A stretch of 64,000 nucleotides of DNA from Vulcanimicrobiota bacterium (GCA_050250895.1 JBFWNU010000002.1:128001-192000); one strand, 5' to 3'; numbered from the stretch's first letter, positions 28,523-39,286 are shown. The notes: generated from the letters alone by a model not told the origin. A program made the numbers and translations.

Positions 28523-29542
28523 TTATTTGAGCTGTTGCCCCAGCTCGGCCGTCAAATCACCGGCCCCAACGGCCCGGGCCAGGGGAGCGCTTTGGCCGGC
28601 CCAGTGGGCCCCGAAGCCGCTCTCTCCGGTCTGGTGCGCGGCCGCGTGCAGGGCCTTGCCGGCGCTGTAGGCGCGAGGATAGTCGGGCGGGGGCGGACCG
28701 GCCGGCAGTTCGGTGAACAGGTTGCGCAGGCAGCGAGCCGGTCGCCCCGAGATGGCCCGGGTCATCACCGTCTCGCCCGGACCGTGCAATAGCGACTGGC
28801 GATGAGCCGGAGCCGCGCTCGACTCGGGGCTGGCCACGTAGGCCGTTCCCATCTGCACGGCCACCGCTCCGAGTTCGAGGGCCGCTCGGGCCCCGGCGGC
28901 GTCCATGATGCCACCGGCGGCTACCACCGGTAGCGACAACCTCGAAACAAGCAGGCGGGTCAGCACGCTGGTGCTCAGGGTCAGGTCGGCAGCCTCGGGG
29001 TCAAAGCAGCCGCGATGACCTCCCGCCTCGTAGCCCTGGGCCACCAGGACATCGATGCCCGCTTTTTCGGCCTGCCGGCCTTCGTCGAGATTGGTAGCGC
29101 TGGCCAGCAGCACGATGCCAGCCTGTTTGAGGGCTCTGATGGTGGCTAGCGAGGGAAGACCGAAGTGAAAGCTCACCACCGCCGGGCGCTGGGTCAGCAA
29201 GACCTCGAGCATGGCGGGATCGTCGACAAAGCTGCGATAAAGCTCTTCGAGCCCGGCCGGCGGCTCGGCCCCGAACCGCGCAAAGCTGGGCGTCAGGTGC
29301 CGTAACCACGCCTGCTCGCGAGGCTCGTCCTGGCGGGCCGGGGCGTGGCAAAAGAGATTCACGTTGAAGGCCTGGTCGGTGAGGGCGCGGGTCGCCTCGA
29401 TGGCAGCCGCTGCGGCCCTCGGTTGCAGATGCCCGACGGCCAGCCCTCCCAGACCGCCGGCTCGGCTCACCGCCGCCGCCATCTCGGGGGTCGACACGCC
29501 GGCCATCGGCGCTTGCAAGATGGGGTATTGGAGGTCGAGCAT
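28523..29542 (-). CDS. Nitronate monooxygenase (NAD(P)H-dependent flavin oxidoreductase)
   Basis: PILQAPMAG, VSFHFGLP, AQGYEAGGHRG, AAGGIMD and SGRPAR. Confidence 0.93.
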   Translation of the reverse strand: MLDLQYPILQAPMAGVSTPEMAAAVSRAGGLGGLAVGHLQPRAAAAAIEATRALTDQAFNVNLFCHAPARQDEPREQAWLRHLTPSFARFGAEPPAGLEELYRSFVDDPAMLEVLLTQRPAVVSFHFGLPSLATIRALKQAGIVLLASATNLDEGRQAEKAGIDVLVAQGYEAGGHRGCFDPEAADLTLSTSVLTRLLVSRLSLPVVAAGGIMDAAGARAALELGAVAVQMGTAYVASPESSAAPAHRQSLLHGPGETVMTRAISGRPARCLRNLFTELPAGPPPPDYPRAYSAGKALHAAAHQTGESGFGAHWAGQSAPLARAVGAGDLTAELGQQLK

Positions 29543-29578
29543 CCTTTTCCATTCCCGCTCGAACCGCGGGTCCCTGGC

Positions 29579-30481
29579 TCAAATCGGCCCCACAAACAGA
29601 TCCTCGCTCTCGAACTCGAAGAGAGCCAACTCGGTCGCTACCCGGTGGCGAAGGTACTCGGCCACCGCCTCCTCGCTCTCGAACTGCTCGCGCGCCCCGC
29701 GGGCGGTGAGGCAGCGATGCTCCCGGGTCGAGGCTTTCGTAGTCCAATCGGGAAAGAACGTCCTGGCTCCGCCCGGGTCGATCGACCAGCGCCGGCCGAG
29801 CTCTCGCTCCCACACCCCGGCCAGCCGAGCCGGCAGAACGACCAGGTGGGCAAGTCCTAACAACTCCCGGGTCAGCAACTCGGGGTCTGATACTACATAG
29901 CGGCGTCGCCAGCTTGGCCCTTCGGCCAGCACCACCACCGCCAGCTCGCGCCGCGGGTCGAGCAACAGCCGCTTGCACACCTCGAGCTCGTCGGGTGAAT
30001 CGAGGTGCCATATCCGGCCCAGTCGGCGCAGTTGCACGAACTCGACGCCGTTCACCAGCGACTCCACCAGCTGGGGCCGCGATGGGGGAGGGCGGTCCTT
30101 CGAGCGAGCGCAGTGGCAGTGCAGGCGCACGACCACGCGCACCCCATGCTCGCCGGCTTGAAGGCCCACATCGGTCTGCCAGATGCGGCCTTTGGCGTCG
30201 AGGCGGGTGCGCAAGGCCCAGCGGTCCTCTAACGGAAGGCATAGACAAGCCACCTGGGCTTTGGGCCAGCGCACGTCGCTGCGAAAAGTGGTCCAGTCTC
30301 GGGCCCGGTTCGGCAGGCGACAATGGCGCGGGCCGGACCAGTCGAGAACGGCTCGGGCCACCTCAGCTGGCGGACTGCACACCACCCTGCCCGAGAGCTG
30401 ATAGATCAGCACTCGGTGGCATTCGGGCAAGGGTTGCCAGGGATCGGCCTGGGTAAGACTGGGAAGGTCATATTTTGGCAT
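29579..30481 (-). CDS. Hypothetical protein preceded by an Rpn-type leader
   Basis: 300-aa ORF; the ATG sits at the same distance from the conserved leader as in the Rpn genes. Confidence 0.7.
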   Translation of the reverse strand: MPKYDLPSLTQADPWQPLPECHRVLIYQLSGRVVCSPPAEVARAVLDWSGPRHCRLPNRARDWTTFRSDVRWPKAQVACLCLPLEDRWALRTRLDAKGRIWQTDVGLQAGEHGVRVVVRLHCHCARSKDRPPPSRPQLVESLVNGVEFVQLRRLGRIWHLDSPDELEVCKRLLLDPRRELAVVVLAEGPSWRRRYVVSDPELLTRELLGLAHLVVLPARLAGVWERELGRRWSIDPGGARTFFPDWTTKASTREHRCLTARGAREQFESEEAVAEYLRHRVATELALFEFESEDLFVGPI

Positions 30482-30547
30482 AGCCGCGAGGGCTTCGCCG
30501 GGTCCAAAGACCGTCCCGTCGAGCGAGTTGCTAACTTTCGTTCACGA
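30482..30547 (-). promoter_or_regulatory. Conserved 5' leader, copy 3 of 3
   Basis: agaccgtcccgtcgagcgagttgctaactt at 30508-30537. Confidence 0.65.
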
Positions 30548-30570
30548 CTCGTTCGCTAGCGAGCGCTCGC

Positions 30571-31464
30571 CTAGAAGCGGTCCTTCCAGTCGTCAGGGTT
30601 GCTCCAGCCGCCCTCGCCGTCGAGCCCACGATAGTCGGGCTCGACCTCGGGCCCGTCGAGGTCTTCTTTCCAGTCGTCAGGGTTGCTCCACTCACCTTCG
30701 CCAGAGAGCCCACGGCCCTCCCAGGCCCCTTTGCCCACCGGGCTGCGGGACTCGGAACGGTGAGACTTGGCAGGCTCAGGCTTGGAACGCGGACCGCTGA
30801 TCTCTTCCTTCCAGTCGTCAGGGTTGCTCCACTCGCCCTCGCCAGCCAGCCCCCGGCCCTCCCAGGCGCCTTTGCCCACCGGGCTGCGGGACTCGGAACG
30901 GTGAGACTTCGCAGGCTCAGGCTTGGAACGGGGCCCGCTGATCTCTTCTTTCCAGTCGTCAGGGTTGCTCCACTCGCCTTCGCCAGCGAGCCCCCGGCCT
31001 TCCCAGGCACCTTTGCCGACCGGGCCGCGCTCGGGCTTTGAAGCCGGCCGCGACCCGCCGATTTCTTCTTTCCAGTCGTCAGGGTTGCTCCACTCGCCTT
31101 CGCCAGCCAGCCCCCGGCCCTCCCAGGCGCCTTTGCCGACCGGCCCGCGTTCAGGCGTAGAACGCGTCCCGCCGAGGTCTTCTTTCCAGTCGTCGGGATG
31201 GCTACGCTCGCCCTGGGGGCATTGGCACTGGCACTGCGAGGGCACGGGCTTTTGGGCCAGCCCGCTCACGGTGGCCCCGGTGGCGGCTCCGGCGATGAAC
31301 ACGCCGGCTAGAGCCAGGCCTTTCCAGAGTGTGGGTTGTGGCTCGCTGGGCGTGAACTGATCGGTTGGTTCAGGCAGAGCCTGGGGTAGGGGTGCAGCGG
31401 CGCTCTCGGCTCCGGGCGGAGCCAGGCGAGATAGCCCGTTAGGACGGGCCTGAGTGATATGCAT
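30571..31464 (-). CDS. Membrane-anchored Trp/Gly-rich repeat protein
   Basis: One TM helix, CQCQCP, four GKGAWEGRGL.GEGEWSNPDDWK units and six PDDWK. Confidence 0.8.
   Translation of the reverse strand: MHITQARPNGLSRLAPPGAESAAAPLPQALPEPTDQFTPSEPQPTLWKGLALAGVFIAGAATGATVSGLAQKPVPSQCQCQCPQGERSHPDDWKEDLGGTRSTPERGPVGKGAWEGRGLAGEGEWSNPDDWKEEIGGSRPASKPERGPVGKGAWEGRGLAGEGEWSNPDDWKEEISGPRSKPEPAKSHRSESRSPVGKGAWEGRGLAGEGEWSNPDDWKEEISGPRSKPEPAKSHRSESRSPVGKGAWEGRGLSGEGEWSNPDDWKEDLDGPEVEPDYRGLDGEGGWSNPDDWKDRF
30580..31200 (-). repeat. Coding tandem repeats of 120-141 bp
   Basis: cagtcgtcagggttgctccactc at 30671, 30812, 30953 and 31073 (periods 141, 141, 120). Confidence 0.95.
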
Positions 31465-31584
31465 TTGTCGGACCTCGATGGCATGGAATGCCGCGTGCAC
31501 CGCTAGATTGGCACCTGCGGTCGATCCGCGTGTTGCGCGCAGGTTAACAAGCTGCCATTGCTCCTCACGGCGAGGCGCGCTAGG

Positions 31585-31600
31585 ATGATGTAGACATCAT
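31585..31600. promoter_or_regulatory. Palindromic operator candidate for the TA locus
   Basis: ATGATGT-ag-ACATCAT overlapping the antitoxin start. Confidence 0.55.
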
Positions 31601-31742
31601 GCAGCGCAAGCAGAATTATCTGGATGAGTGCGAGAGCAAGCTGCCGCCGGAGGAGAATCCCTTACGGGCGATGGTCGGCCTCGTCGAGGAAGGGCCCCCT
31701 GACGGGGCTCAAGAGCACGACCGCTATCTCTACGGTCAATGA
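31599..31742 (+). CDS. Short VapB/CopG-like antitoxin (47 aa, probably internally deleted)
   Basis: MQRKQNYLD...NPLRAMVGL...D.AQEHDRYLYGQ; ATGA overlap with a PIN start. Confidence 0.55.
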   Translation: MQRKQNYLDECESKLPPEENPLRAMVGLVEEGPPDGAQEHDRYLYGQ

Positions 31743-31790
31743 GACGTGTCTTCGTGGACACGGGCGCGTGGGTGGCGGTCTGCGTGCAAC
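31739..31790 (+). pseudogene. VapC/PIN toxin N-terminal remnant
   Basis: MRRVFVDTGAWVA, then similarity is lost. Confidence 0.6.
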
Positions 31791-31856
31791 GTGGGCTTCG
31801 TGATGCTAGGCCAGGGCTGTCCCTGTCGGCAAGGTCTAAAGGCCGGCCCCGGGCCC

Positions 31857-32327
31857 GGGGGCACGCTCGAGCACGACACCATCACGGCCAACCTCACCGG
31901 TCTGCTGCACGCCAGCCTGCGCGGACAAGACTGCCAGGTGTTGACCAGCAACATGAAGGTCAGGACCTGGGCCGATGGACTGTTTTCTTATCCCGACTTG
32001 GCCGTCTTTTGCGGGCCACCCCGGTTTCACGATGACCGGCGCGATGTGCTCATCAATCCTCGCGTCATCATCGAGGTGCTCTCACCCTCGACCGAGGAGT
32101 TCGACCGAGGCCAGAAGCGTCTGCTCTATCAGACCATCGACACCCTGGCCGAGTATGTGCTGGTGGCTCAGAGCGAACCCCGCGTCGAGCACTGGGCCCG
32201 GCGGGCCGATGCCCAGTGGCTGGTGTCGACTCTTGAAGGGCTGGGGGCCCAGTTGCAATTCGCCTCGATCGGATGCTCGCTGCCCCTGGCCGACGTCTAC
32301 GAGCGGGTCTCTCCGGTCAGCGGCTAG
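31857..32327 (+). pseudogene. Uma2-family endonuclease lacking its N-terminus
   Basis: GGTLEH..I, YPDLAV, IEVLSPST..FDRG.K and EYVLV; the usual first ~30 aa are missing. Confidence 0.7.
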
Positions 32328-32373
32328 GCTCGGCCTGGAGGAAGCCCCCCCGCTCGGGACCGAATCTTTCCGG

Positions 32374-32802
32374 GTGAAGCGTCGTGGCATCGTACTGCTG
32401 GTTCTGCTCGTCCTGGCCGGGATTGGCCTGGGGATCTTTCTGGGCTATCGCACGGTCGTTTCCTGGCGACACTACAAGGCGCTCTCGGCCGAGGCCGAGG
32501 TGGCCAAGGCCGAGGTTATCGAACGGTGGGTTTCTCGTGATGCCGAGGGGGACGAGACCTACCATCTCGCCTATCGCTTCGAACTCGATGACGAGGAATA
32601 CGAGGGGAAGAGCTGGGTCAGCTGGCACGACTACCGCAACTGGACCGAAGGAAGCTCCGTGGACGTACTCTACAGCCCCCAGGACCCTGCGGTGAATCGA
32701 CTGGCCGCCTATTTTGGCCCGGGCGAGACCATCGGTCTGGGCGTCGTCTCGTTGTTGACGTTGGCGGGGTCATTGTGGGTGTTGTCGTCGCTACGGTATT
32801 AG
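32374..32802 (+). CDS. DUF3592-type membrane protein
   Basis: TM-beta domain-TM; Y.F...G..V.VLYSPQDP. Confidence 0.8.
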   Translation: MKRRGIVLLVLLVLAGIGLGIFLGYRTVVSWRHYKALSAEAEVAKAEVIERWVSRDAEGDETYHLAYRFELDDEEYEGKSWVSWHDYRNWTEGSSVDVLYSPQDPAVNRLAAYFGPGETIGLGVVSLLTLAGSLWVLSSLRY

Positions 32803-34688
32803 TCCTGGCGGATGTCTAGCGAAAAGTCAGAGACCACCACCACATCAGGCCCGAGTTCGATGTCTCCCTCGCGCGAAGTGATATCGCCTTTGGTCACCGT
32901 GAACGGCTCTTCGCCCTCTTTGAGCGTCGGCTGGAGCCTCAGCAACGAGCCGTCGGCCCCCAGGGCCAGCAAGTGACCGCCGACCACTTCCAGGCCTTTG
33001 ACGGCCGACTCGAGGCCAAAGCGCATGGGTGGCAGAATGTCACGCTTTTCCGGCACCAGGGCCACTTCGCCATGGTCGTCACCGTGGAGCAGATAGACGC
33101 GGTCTCCGATGCCCACCGGAAGAGCGGTCGTGGCTGTATGGCCCGTTCCCCACACCCACTGCGACGAACCGTCGGGCTTGACCCGATAGGTGCCGTCTTC
33201 GGCGTTGACTAACCTGTCGAAGGTTGGCTTCTCCAACAGCTCGAGGCAGGTGTGCCCCAGTTCGGGCAGCATCGTGGAACGCGACATCTCGCCTCCCTCG
33301 CTCAGCACTTGCTCGAAGGCGGGCTGGGGCAGACCCAGTTCCTCGAGAACCTCGGATTTTTCCACCGGTACAGCAAAGTTGAGGCAACCGTCGTTGGTGG
33401 GGTAGGGCCCACGGTCGCGAGGAGCGCCCTGAGAGAACCGGGCTTTGGCGGCCGTTGTGAAAGAGTCCCACCCCTCACCCGAGCCCCGGGCCAGGTGCCG
33501 ATTGTCGAAATAGGAGTGCTCGAAACCGTAGCTGCGCGAGACCAGCTGGCTGCCCAGAGCGTCACGGGCTTCCCAGACATGCTCGAAGGACTCGACCGGC
33601 CGGCCGTGCCCGTCGAGGACGGTCACTCCCTGCTCTGTTGCGACTACGAGCTGGCCCTGGTCGGTCACGGCCACGAGCGGCGCTCGCTCGACCTTGCCAA
33701 ACGACATGACCGTCGTGACCGAGGCTGCCTCGGGGTCGACCAGCGATAGACTCCGTTGCCCCTCGGGGTCGAGGTCGAGGGTGTAGATGCGATCTTTGGC
33801 GTGGTAGACCTCGAGCGGTTGGCGACCCTCCAGCCCGATGGTTTGCACCTCTTCACCCTGGCGCGAGAAGACGCGCCATCCAAGACTCTCCAGCACCGAT
33901 TCCTGACTGCGCGTGGCGAGCAACAGCACCCGGTCCCCGACCGGCAGAGCCATCAAAGCCGAGGGCGGGCAGGGGAAAGCCTCGGCCCGATCGGCCTGAA
34001 AATGGACCAGCTCGTGACGTCCCTCGTCCACCCGCTGGATCATCCAACCCTCGTCCCCCGGAGCGTTGGTATCCAGGAAGATCGCCTCGCCCGGCGACTG
34101 ATAGAGCGGGTTTCCCTGGCGGTCGGTAATCAACGTCTGGTTGGGACTGCGGTCGTCGGTGTCCTCGAATACCCACGTGTCCTGGTGGCGCAGATAGCTG
34201 GTGCGCGAGGGAGCAAAGGGAATCTTGAAAGCGTGCACCTGCTCGAGGTCGGGACCAAAGGTCTTCACCTCGCGCCCGCCCTCGACATGCAACAAGCCGT
34301 CGCGTCCGACGACGCCTTCCTGGCGCCAGCCCGGCAGCCAGGTGGTGCCCTGTTGTTGGCCGCTGTCGAGGTCATAGGCGCGGAACATGCGGTGGGTCTC
34401 GACATACAGCCGGCCGGCGTCCTCATCGATGAGCACGTTGCGGGCCGTGTCGTGCAGGTCGATGGTGTAGCGGATCGAGCCGTCGGGGGCGAAGCGCTCG
34501 AGCTTCCAATCGCGGCAGGTCCTGGCCACCACGTCACCCGACTCGAGCCGTTTCAGAGGCTTGGCCGGCACTTTGAGCACGCGGTCAAAGCCATCGTCGG
34601 TGGGACTAAACAGCACAGCCTCGCGCTGCCTGGGAGCGACCCTGGCGAGGCGGACGGGGGGCTGGCTGGTAGCGACACTCCTGACCAT
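32799..34688 (-). CDS. Hypothetical beta-propeller-like protein
   Basis: Long beta-rich ORF. Confidence 0.75.
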   Translation of the reverse strand: MVRSVATSQPPVRLARVAPRQREAVLFSPTDDGFDRVLKVPAKPLKRLESGDVVARTCRDWKLERFAPDGSIRYTIDLHDTARNVLIDEDAGRLYVETHRMFRAYDLDSGQQQGTTWLPGWRQEGVVGRDGLLHVEGGREVKTFGPDLEQVHAFKIPFAPSRTSYLRHQDTWVFEDTDDRSPNQTLITDRQGNPLYQSPGEAIFLDTNAPGDEGWMIQRVDEGRHELVHFQADRAEAFPCPPSALMALPVGDRVLLLATRSQESVLESLGWRVFSRQGEEVQTIGLEGRQPLEVYHAKDRIYTLDLDPEGQRSLSLVDPEAASVTTVMSFGKVERAPLVAVTDQGQLVVATEQGVTVLDGHGRPVESFEHVWEARDALGSQLVSRSYGFEHSYFDNRHLARGSGEGWDSFTTAAKARFSQGAPRDRGPYPTNDGCLNFAVPVEKSEVLEELGLPQPAFEQVLSEGGEMSRSTMLPELGHTCLELLEKPTFDRLVNAEDGTYRVKPDGSSQWVWGTGHTATTALPVGIGDRVYLLHGDDHGEVALVPEKRDILPPMRFGLESAVKGLEVVGGHLLALGADGSLLRLQPTLKEGEEPFTVTKGDITSREGDIELGPDVVVVSDFSLDIRQD

Positions 34689-34926
34689 GAGTCTGAGCCT
34701 AACCTCGAGACCCAAAACTATCCTCAAATGTCGTTGTTGGAGGCACTCTTTGGAAGTTGCCAGGGACTGGAACTGCCTGAAGAAGCAAAGAATTCGGCCG
34801 GGTCGCCGGCTTGAAGGTAGTCGAGTGGTAAGCTAGCGAAGGGCCCGTGCCAAAGGTCACATTCGAGCCTGACTGATCGGGCTACACTCTGGCTATCACG
34901 CCGCCGAACCGAGAGGAGAATACCCA

Positions 34927-35337
34927 ATGGGACTTGCCGAACGCCGAAAGATCCAGAGCGCCGCCGAAGGCCTCAGCGACGCTCAGGCCGAGCTCGACAA
35001 AGAGCTGGGCTTTCAACTGCCTGTCGAGCTGCAGACCAGCAGCTTTCCTGAAGACAAAGACGTGCTCTACGGCTATGACTCCTACAAAGATTACGGCTTC
35101 CCCATGGTTTGCCGGGTGCTCAAGAAGGTCGGTTGCGACGAGCTGGGCAAAGAGGCCCTGCGCGAGAAAGTCCAGCGTGTGGCCATCGTCAATACGGCCA
35201 CCGACGCCAGCAATGGCGGTGAGAAGAGCATCGAGCTGTCCGACGGACTGCTGACCATCAAGCTTGGCTGGTATAGCTACAGCGACAAGCTTTTTGGCGA
35301 AGACGAGATGCGCGAGAAGATCGAGGCGCTGCTCTAG
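34927..35337 (+). CDS. Hypothetical protein
   Basis: GAGGAG SD; strong codon bias. Confidence 0.85.
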   Translation: MGLAERRKIQSAAEGLSDAQAELDKELGFQLPVELQTSSFPEDKDVLYGYDSYKDYGFPMVCRVLKKVGCDELGKEALREKVQRVAIVNTATDASNGGEKSIELSDGLLTIKLGWYSYSDKLFGEDEMREKIEALL

Positions 35338-35341
35338 GTCG

Positions 35342-35959
35342 ATGCCGTTTCATCCCGCCTGCGATCCCACCCAGATCCTGCGCCGGCTGGTCGAGGCCAA
35401 GCCCGGGCTCGAGATGGTGGTGCATCTTGACTCGGGGCAGAGCCTGCATGGCCACTCGGTGATCGAGCTCGAAGCCGGCTGGGCGGTGATCGCCGGCGGC
35501 CAGGGCCAACGAAGCGAGCTGCACTATTTTGCCCTGGCCACCGTGCGCGCGGTGACGCTGGTGGGCCATCCTCGTCAGCTCGAGACTCTGGGTGAGAGCG
35601 ACGTGCCCAGCCAGGGGCATATCCCCACGCGTCTGCACCTCAAGCGCCGCCTGGTCGAACTGGGCACTCTCCACGGGCTGACTCTGGAAGTCGAGCCTGA
35701 GCTGGTCGAATCTGACGAGTCGCAGCGTTGGGACTTCAACCGCTTCCTCGAGTGGCTCACCACCACTCTGCAAGAACTGGGCCAGGATGAGCTTGGGCGC
35801 CAAGCCCTGGCTCGACGCCCTCGCTGGCGCATCGTGTCCGGAGAGCGGGCCGGGGCTGAGGTGGTCGAGGAACAAATCGTGCTCACGTTGGTGCTCGAGC
35901 AGGGTCGCCTGAGCGGCTGGGATGAGCGATTGCTGTCGGCCCTCGAGGCTGCCCTTTAG
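35342..35959 (+). CDS. Hypothetical protein (shares a DELG..AL motif with the upstream gene)
   Basis: Starts 4 bp after the previous stop. Confidence 0.75.
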   Translation: MPFHPACDPTQILRRLVEAKPGLEMVVHLDSGQSLHGHSVIELEAGWAVIAGGQGQRSELHYFALATVRAVTLVGHPRQLETLGESDVPSQGHIPTRLHLKRRLVELGTLHGLTLEVEPELVESDESQRWDFNRFLEWLTTTLQELGQDELGRQALARRPRWRIVSGERAGAEVVEEQIVLTLVLEQGRLSGWDERLLSALEAAL

Positions 35960-36119
35960 TCAAGCAGCGGCTCTCAGGCAGAGGTGTCGACGAAGAGCCC
36001 TCTCACGGGTGGCTTCTCTAACGAGATCAGCTGCCGAACGACCCTCAGCTCTGGCTCGCTCTTGGACCTGACTCCAGAGTTCCGCGGGAAAGATCAGTTG
36101 CGTGCGATGCGATGACATG

Positions 36120-37136
<1,017 letters not shown>

Positions 37137-37385
37137 TGCCTTTGATTCTACCTTACTAGCGGCGGTGGCGGAAGCCTCCCTGGACGCTGGAAAAGCTCTT
37201 GGAGGCCGACTCGCCACCAGCCACTCATGGCGCCGGGTGTTGGGCAAGATTGTAACAGATTGGCAATGTCGTCAACGTTTTGGCAACAACGTGCCTCGGT
37301 GGGTCTCGATAGACTAAGCCTGTAGCAGCGCGAGAGAGGTGGACCAACCAATGCTTTCTTCTATTCTTTGTGCAGGTGAGCGCTA

Positions 37386-38789
37386 GTGGCCGCCCGCAGC
37401 GTGAGCCGCCCGGCTCCGGCCCGAAAGGCCCCTGCCCGTCCGAGTTCCTCCGGTCGAGCCGCCAGCCGGCCGGCAGCCAGGGTAGCCCGAACCGGCGCCA
37501 CCAAAGCCACACCCAGAGCGTCGGGTGCGGCGGGCCCGGCGGCGAGTTCCAGGATCAGTCGCGAGGCGAAGACGGCCGGCGCTCCCGACCAGCGCTCCAA
37601 GACGCTTGCATCGGCCGTCAGCAGTGCCTTCAGTCCGGCCAGCAACTCGGGTTCCGAGGTCCAATCCAGAGGTCTCAACCTGGGCAAGTCCAAGCCTGAA
37701 GCCGGGGCCCAGCAGGCCGACCCGGGCCGGGCCGCCCAGAAAGCCGAGGCCCAACCGAGCGCAGAGCCTCGCAAAGACTCGGATCCTCGTAAGGTCTTCG
37801 TGCTCGACCGCTTCAACAACAAAGAAGTCGACATCGACGGCGACAAGAAGGCGGACGCCGCCCACGGTGAGGTGATCGCGCGTGGGCTCGAAAATGAAGG
37901 CTTCGGCGTGGAGCGCATTCAGCAGCAGGGCCAGACCGGCAATAACCTGTCCAATCTGGCGGACAGCTTCGAGGACGGGTCGCGCGACTTTCGCAAGGGT
38001 GATGTGGTCAACGTCAGCAGCGGTCGAGCCGATGATCCGACCTTCAAGGAACTCAGCGGCATGGTCGGCTTTCCGGTCACGCCCGAGAATCTGGCCTCGC
38101 AGCGAGGCCAGATCTTCGACGCCCTCAAGAAGCTTCCACCCGATGCCAGAACCCAGGATTGGCTCAAGACCAACGAGGCCATCGGGCGCCTGCAGGGCCA
38201 GGGTTTAGAGGTGGTCCATGCCGCCGGCAACGCCGGCCCGGACCGGGTCAGCGTGGGCTTTCTCAACGCCAACCACCAGCTCTCGGCCACCGACGCCAGG
38301 GGTCAGGTTCAACCGTGGAGTGCCGACAGCAGCGTGACCAGGCCGGCTCAGGGGGTTCACCCCGTCTCTGAGGTCAAAGATGCCAACGGCAAGGTCACTG
38401 GCTTTGACGTGGGCCGCGACGGCACCGTCGATTTCAAAGCCAACGAGGTCAGCGGTGGCTCTCAGTTCGTGGACCAGTTCGAGGGTAAGCCCGTCTCGGC
38501 GGTGAGCGATCGCAACGGCACTGCTCTGGCCGATGTCGGCGATAAGTTCGGGAACAGCCTGCTGCCCATCGCCCAGATTCCTGAGGGGAAGGTTCTCTGG
38601 GGAGACGGCAAAGACGGAGCTTTCGTCAATCCTGATGATGCTCATCCCAGTTTCGTCTTCCGCCAGGACGGCAATGGCAACCTGTTCCACGATCCCGACA
38701 ACTCGGGCAATCCGGGCTCGGTGAACGCCATTCTCGGCACTTCCTACTCGGTGCTCGACTACCTGAGAAACAACCTTCCGGCTCAGTAG
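37386..38789 (+). CDS. Subtilisin-like (S8) peptidase with disordered N-terminus
   Basis: VFVLD, HGE, AAGN and GTSYS in catalytic order. Confidence 0.75.
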   Translation: MAARSVSRPAPARKAPARPSSSGRAASRPAARVARTGATKATPRASGAAGPAASSRISREAKTAGAPDQRSKTLASAVSSAFSPASNSGSEVQSRGLNLGKSKPEAGAQQADPGRAAQKAEAQPSAEPRKDSDPRKVFVLDRFNNKEVDIDGDKKADAAHGEVIARGLENEGFGVERIQQQGQTGNNLSNLADSFEDGSRDFRKGDVVNVSSGRADDPTFKELSGMVGFPVTPENLASQRGQIFDALKKLPPDARTQDWLKTNEAIGRLQGQGLEVVHAAGNAGPDRVSVGFLNANHQLSATDARGQVQPWSADSSVTRPAQGVHPVSEVKDANGKVTGFDVGRDGTVDFKANEVSGGSQFVDQFEGKPVSAVSDRNGTALADVGDKFGNSLLPIAQIPEGKVLWGDGKDGAFVNPDDAHPSFVFRQDGNGNLFHDPDNSGNPGSVNAILGTSYSVLDYLRNNLPAQ

Positions 38790-39238
38790 GTCTTGGGAGC
38801 CTGACTAAAGGCCTGGCCCCAGGCTTGTATTTCCTGGGCGGTCTGGTGCGCCTCACCGGCCCGCAGCGTTTGATCGACACCGGCCAGACCCAGACTCAAG
38901 GTGGTCACCAGGCCGGCTCCTACTGCTACTGCGTTGCCGTTGAGCAAGAAGGCTGCGGCACCCGTGGCCAGGGCCGCCCCGGCGGTGGCCAGGGTCAAAA
39001 TGGCCGCCTTGCGCGAGTGGCCCATCCCTTTCAGGGTCGCGGCGTCGTAGACGCCTTGCAAGTCTGGCTGGTCATAGCCGCGTAAACGCACATCCAGCGA
39101 CTGGATCTTGTCCTGGCACCAGTGGATCTGGCTCGAGACGGGATCGTCCACCGTGCCCTTGGATTCGAGTTCGGCGTGCATCCGAGTCAACTTCGTTTGC
39201 AGCGTGGTGCGTGGCGTTGCGCCGGCCGAGATGTGCAT
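38783..39238 (-). CDS. Hypothetical two-TM protein
   Basis: Hydrophobic hairpin; SD upstream. Confidence 0.7.
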   Translation of the reverse strand: MHISAGATPRTTLQTKLTRMHAELESKGTVDDPVSSQIHWCQDKIQSLDVRLRGYDQPDLQGVYDAATLKGMGHSRKAAILTLATAGAALATGAAAFLLNGNAVAVGAGLVTTLSLGLAGVDQTLRAGEAHQTAQEIQAWGQAFSQAPKTY

Positions 39239-39286
39239 TGCTGAGGCCCTCCACGGCCAGTATGCGGGGGCAACGTTAAGGACCCG

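Noticed and set aside
30580-31200. CRISPR-like array
   Set aside because: Periods are multiples of 3 within one ORF, the spacers resemble each other, and there are no cas genes.
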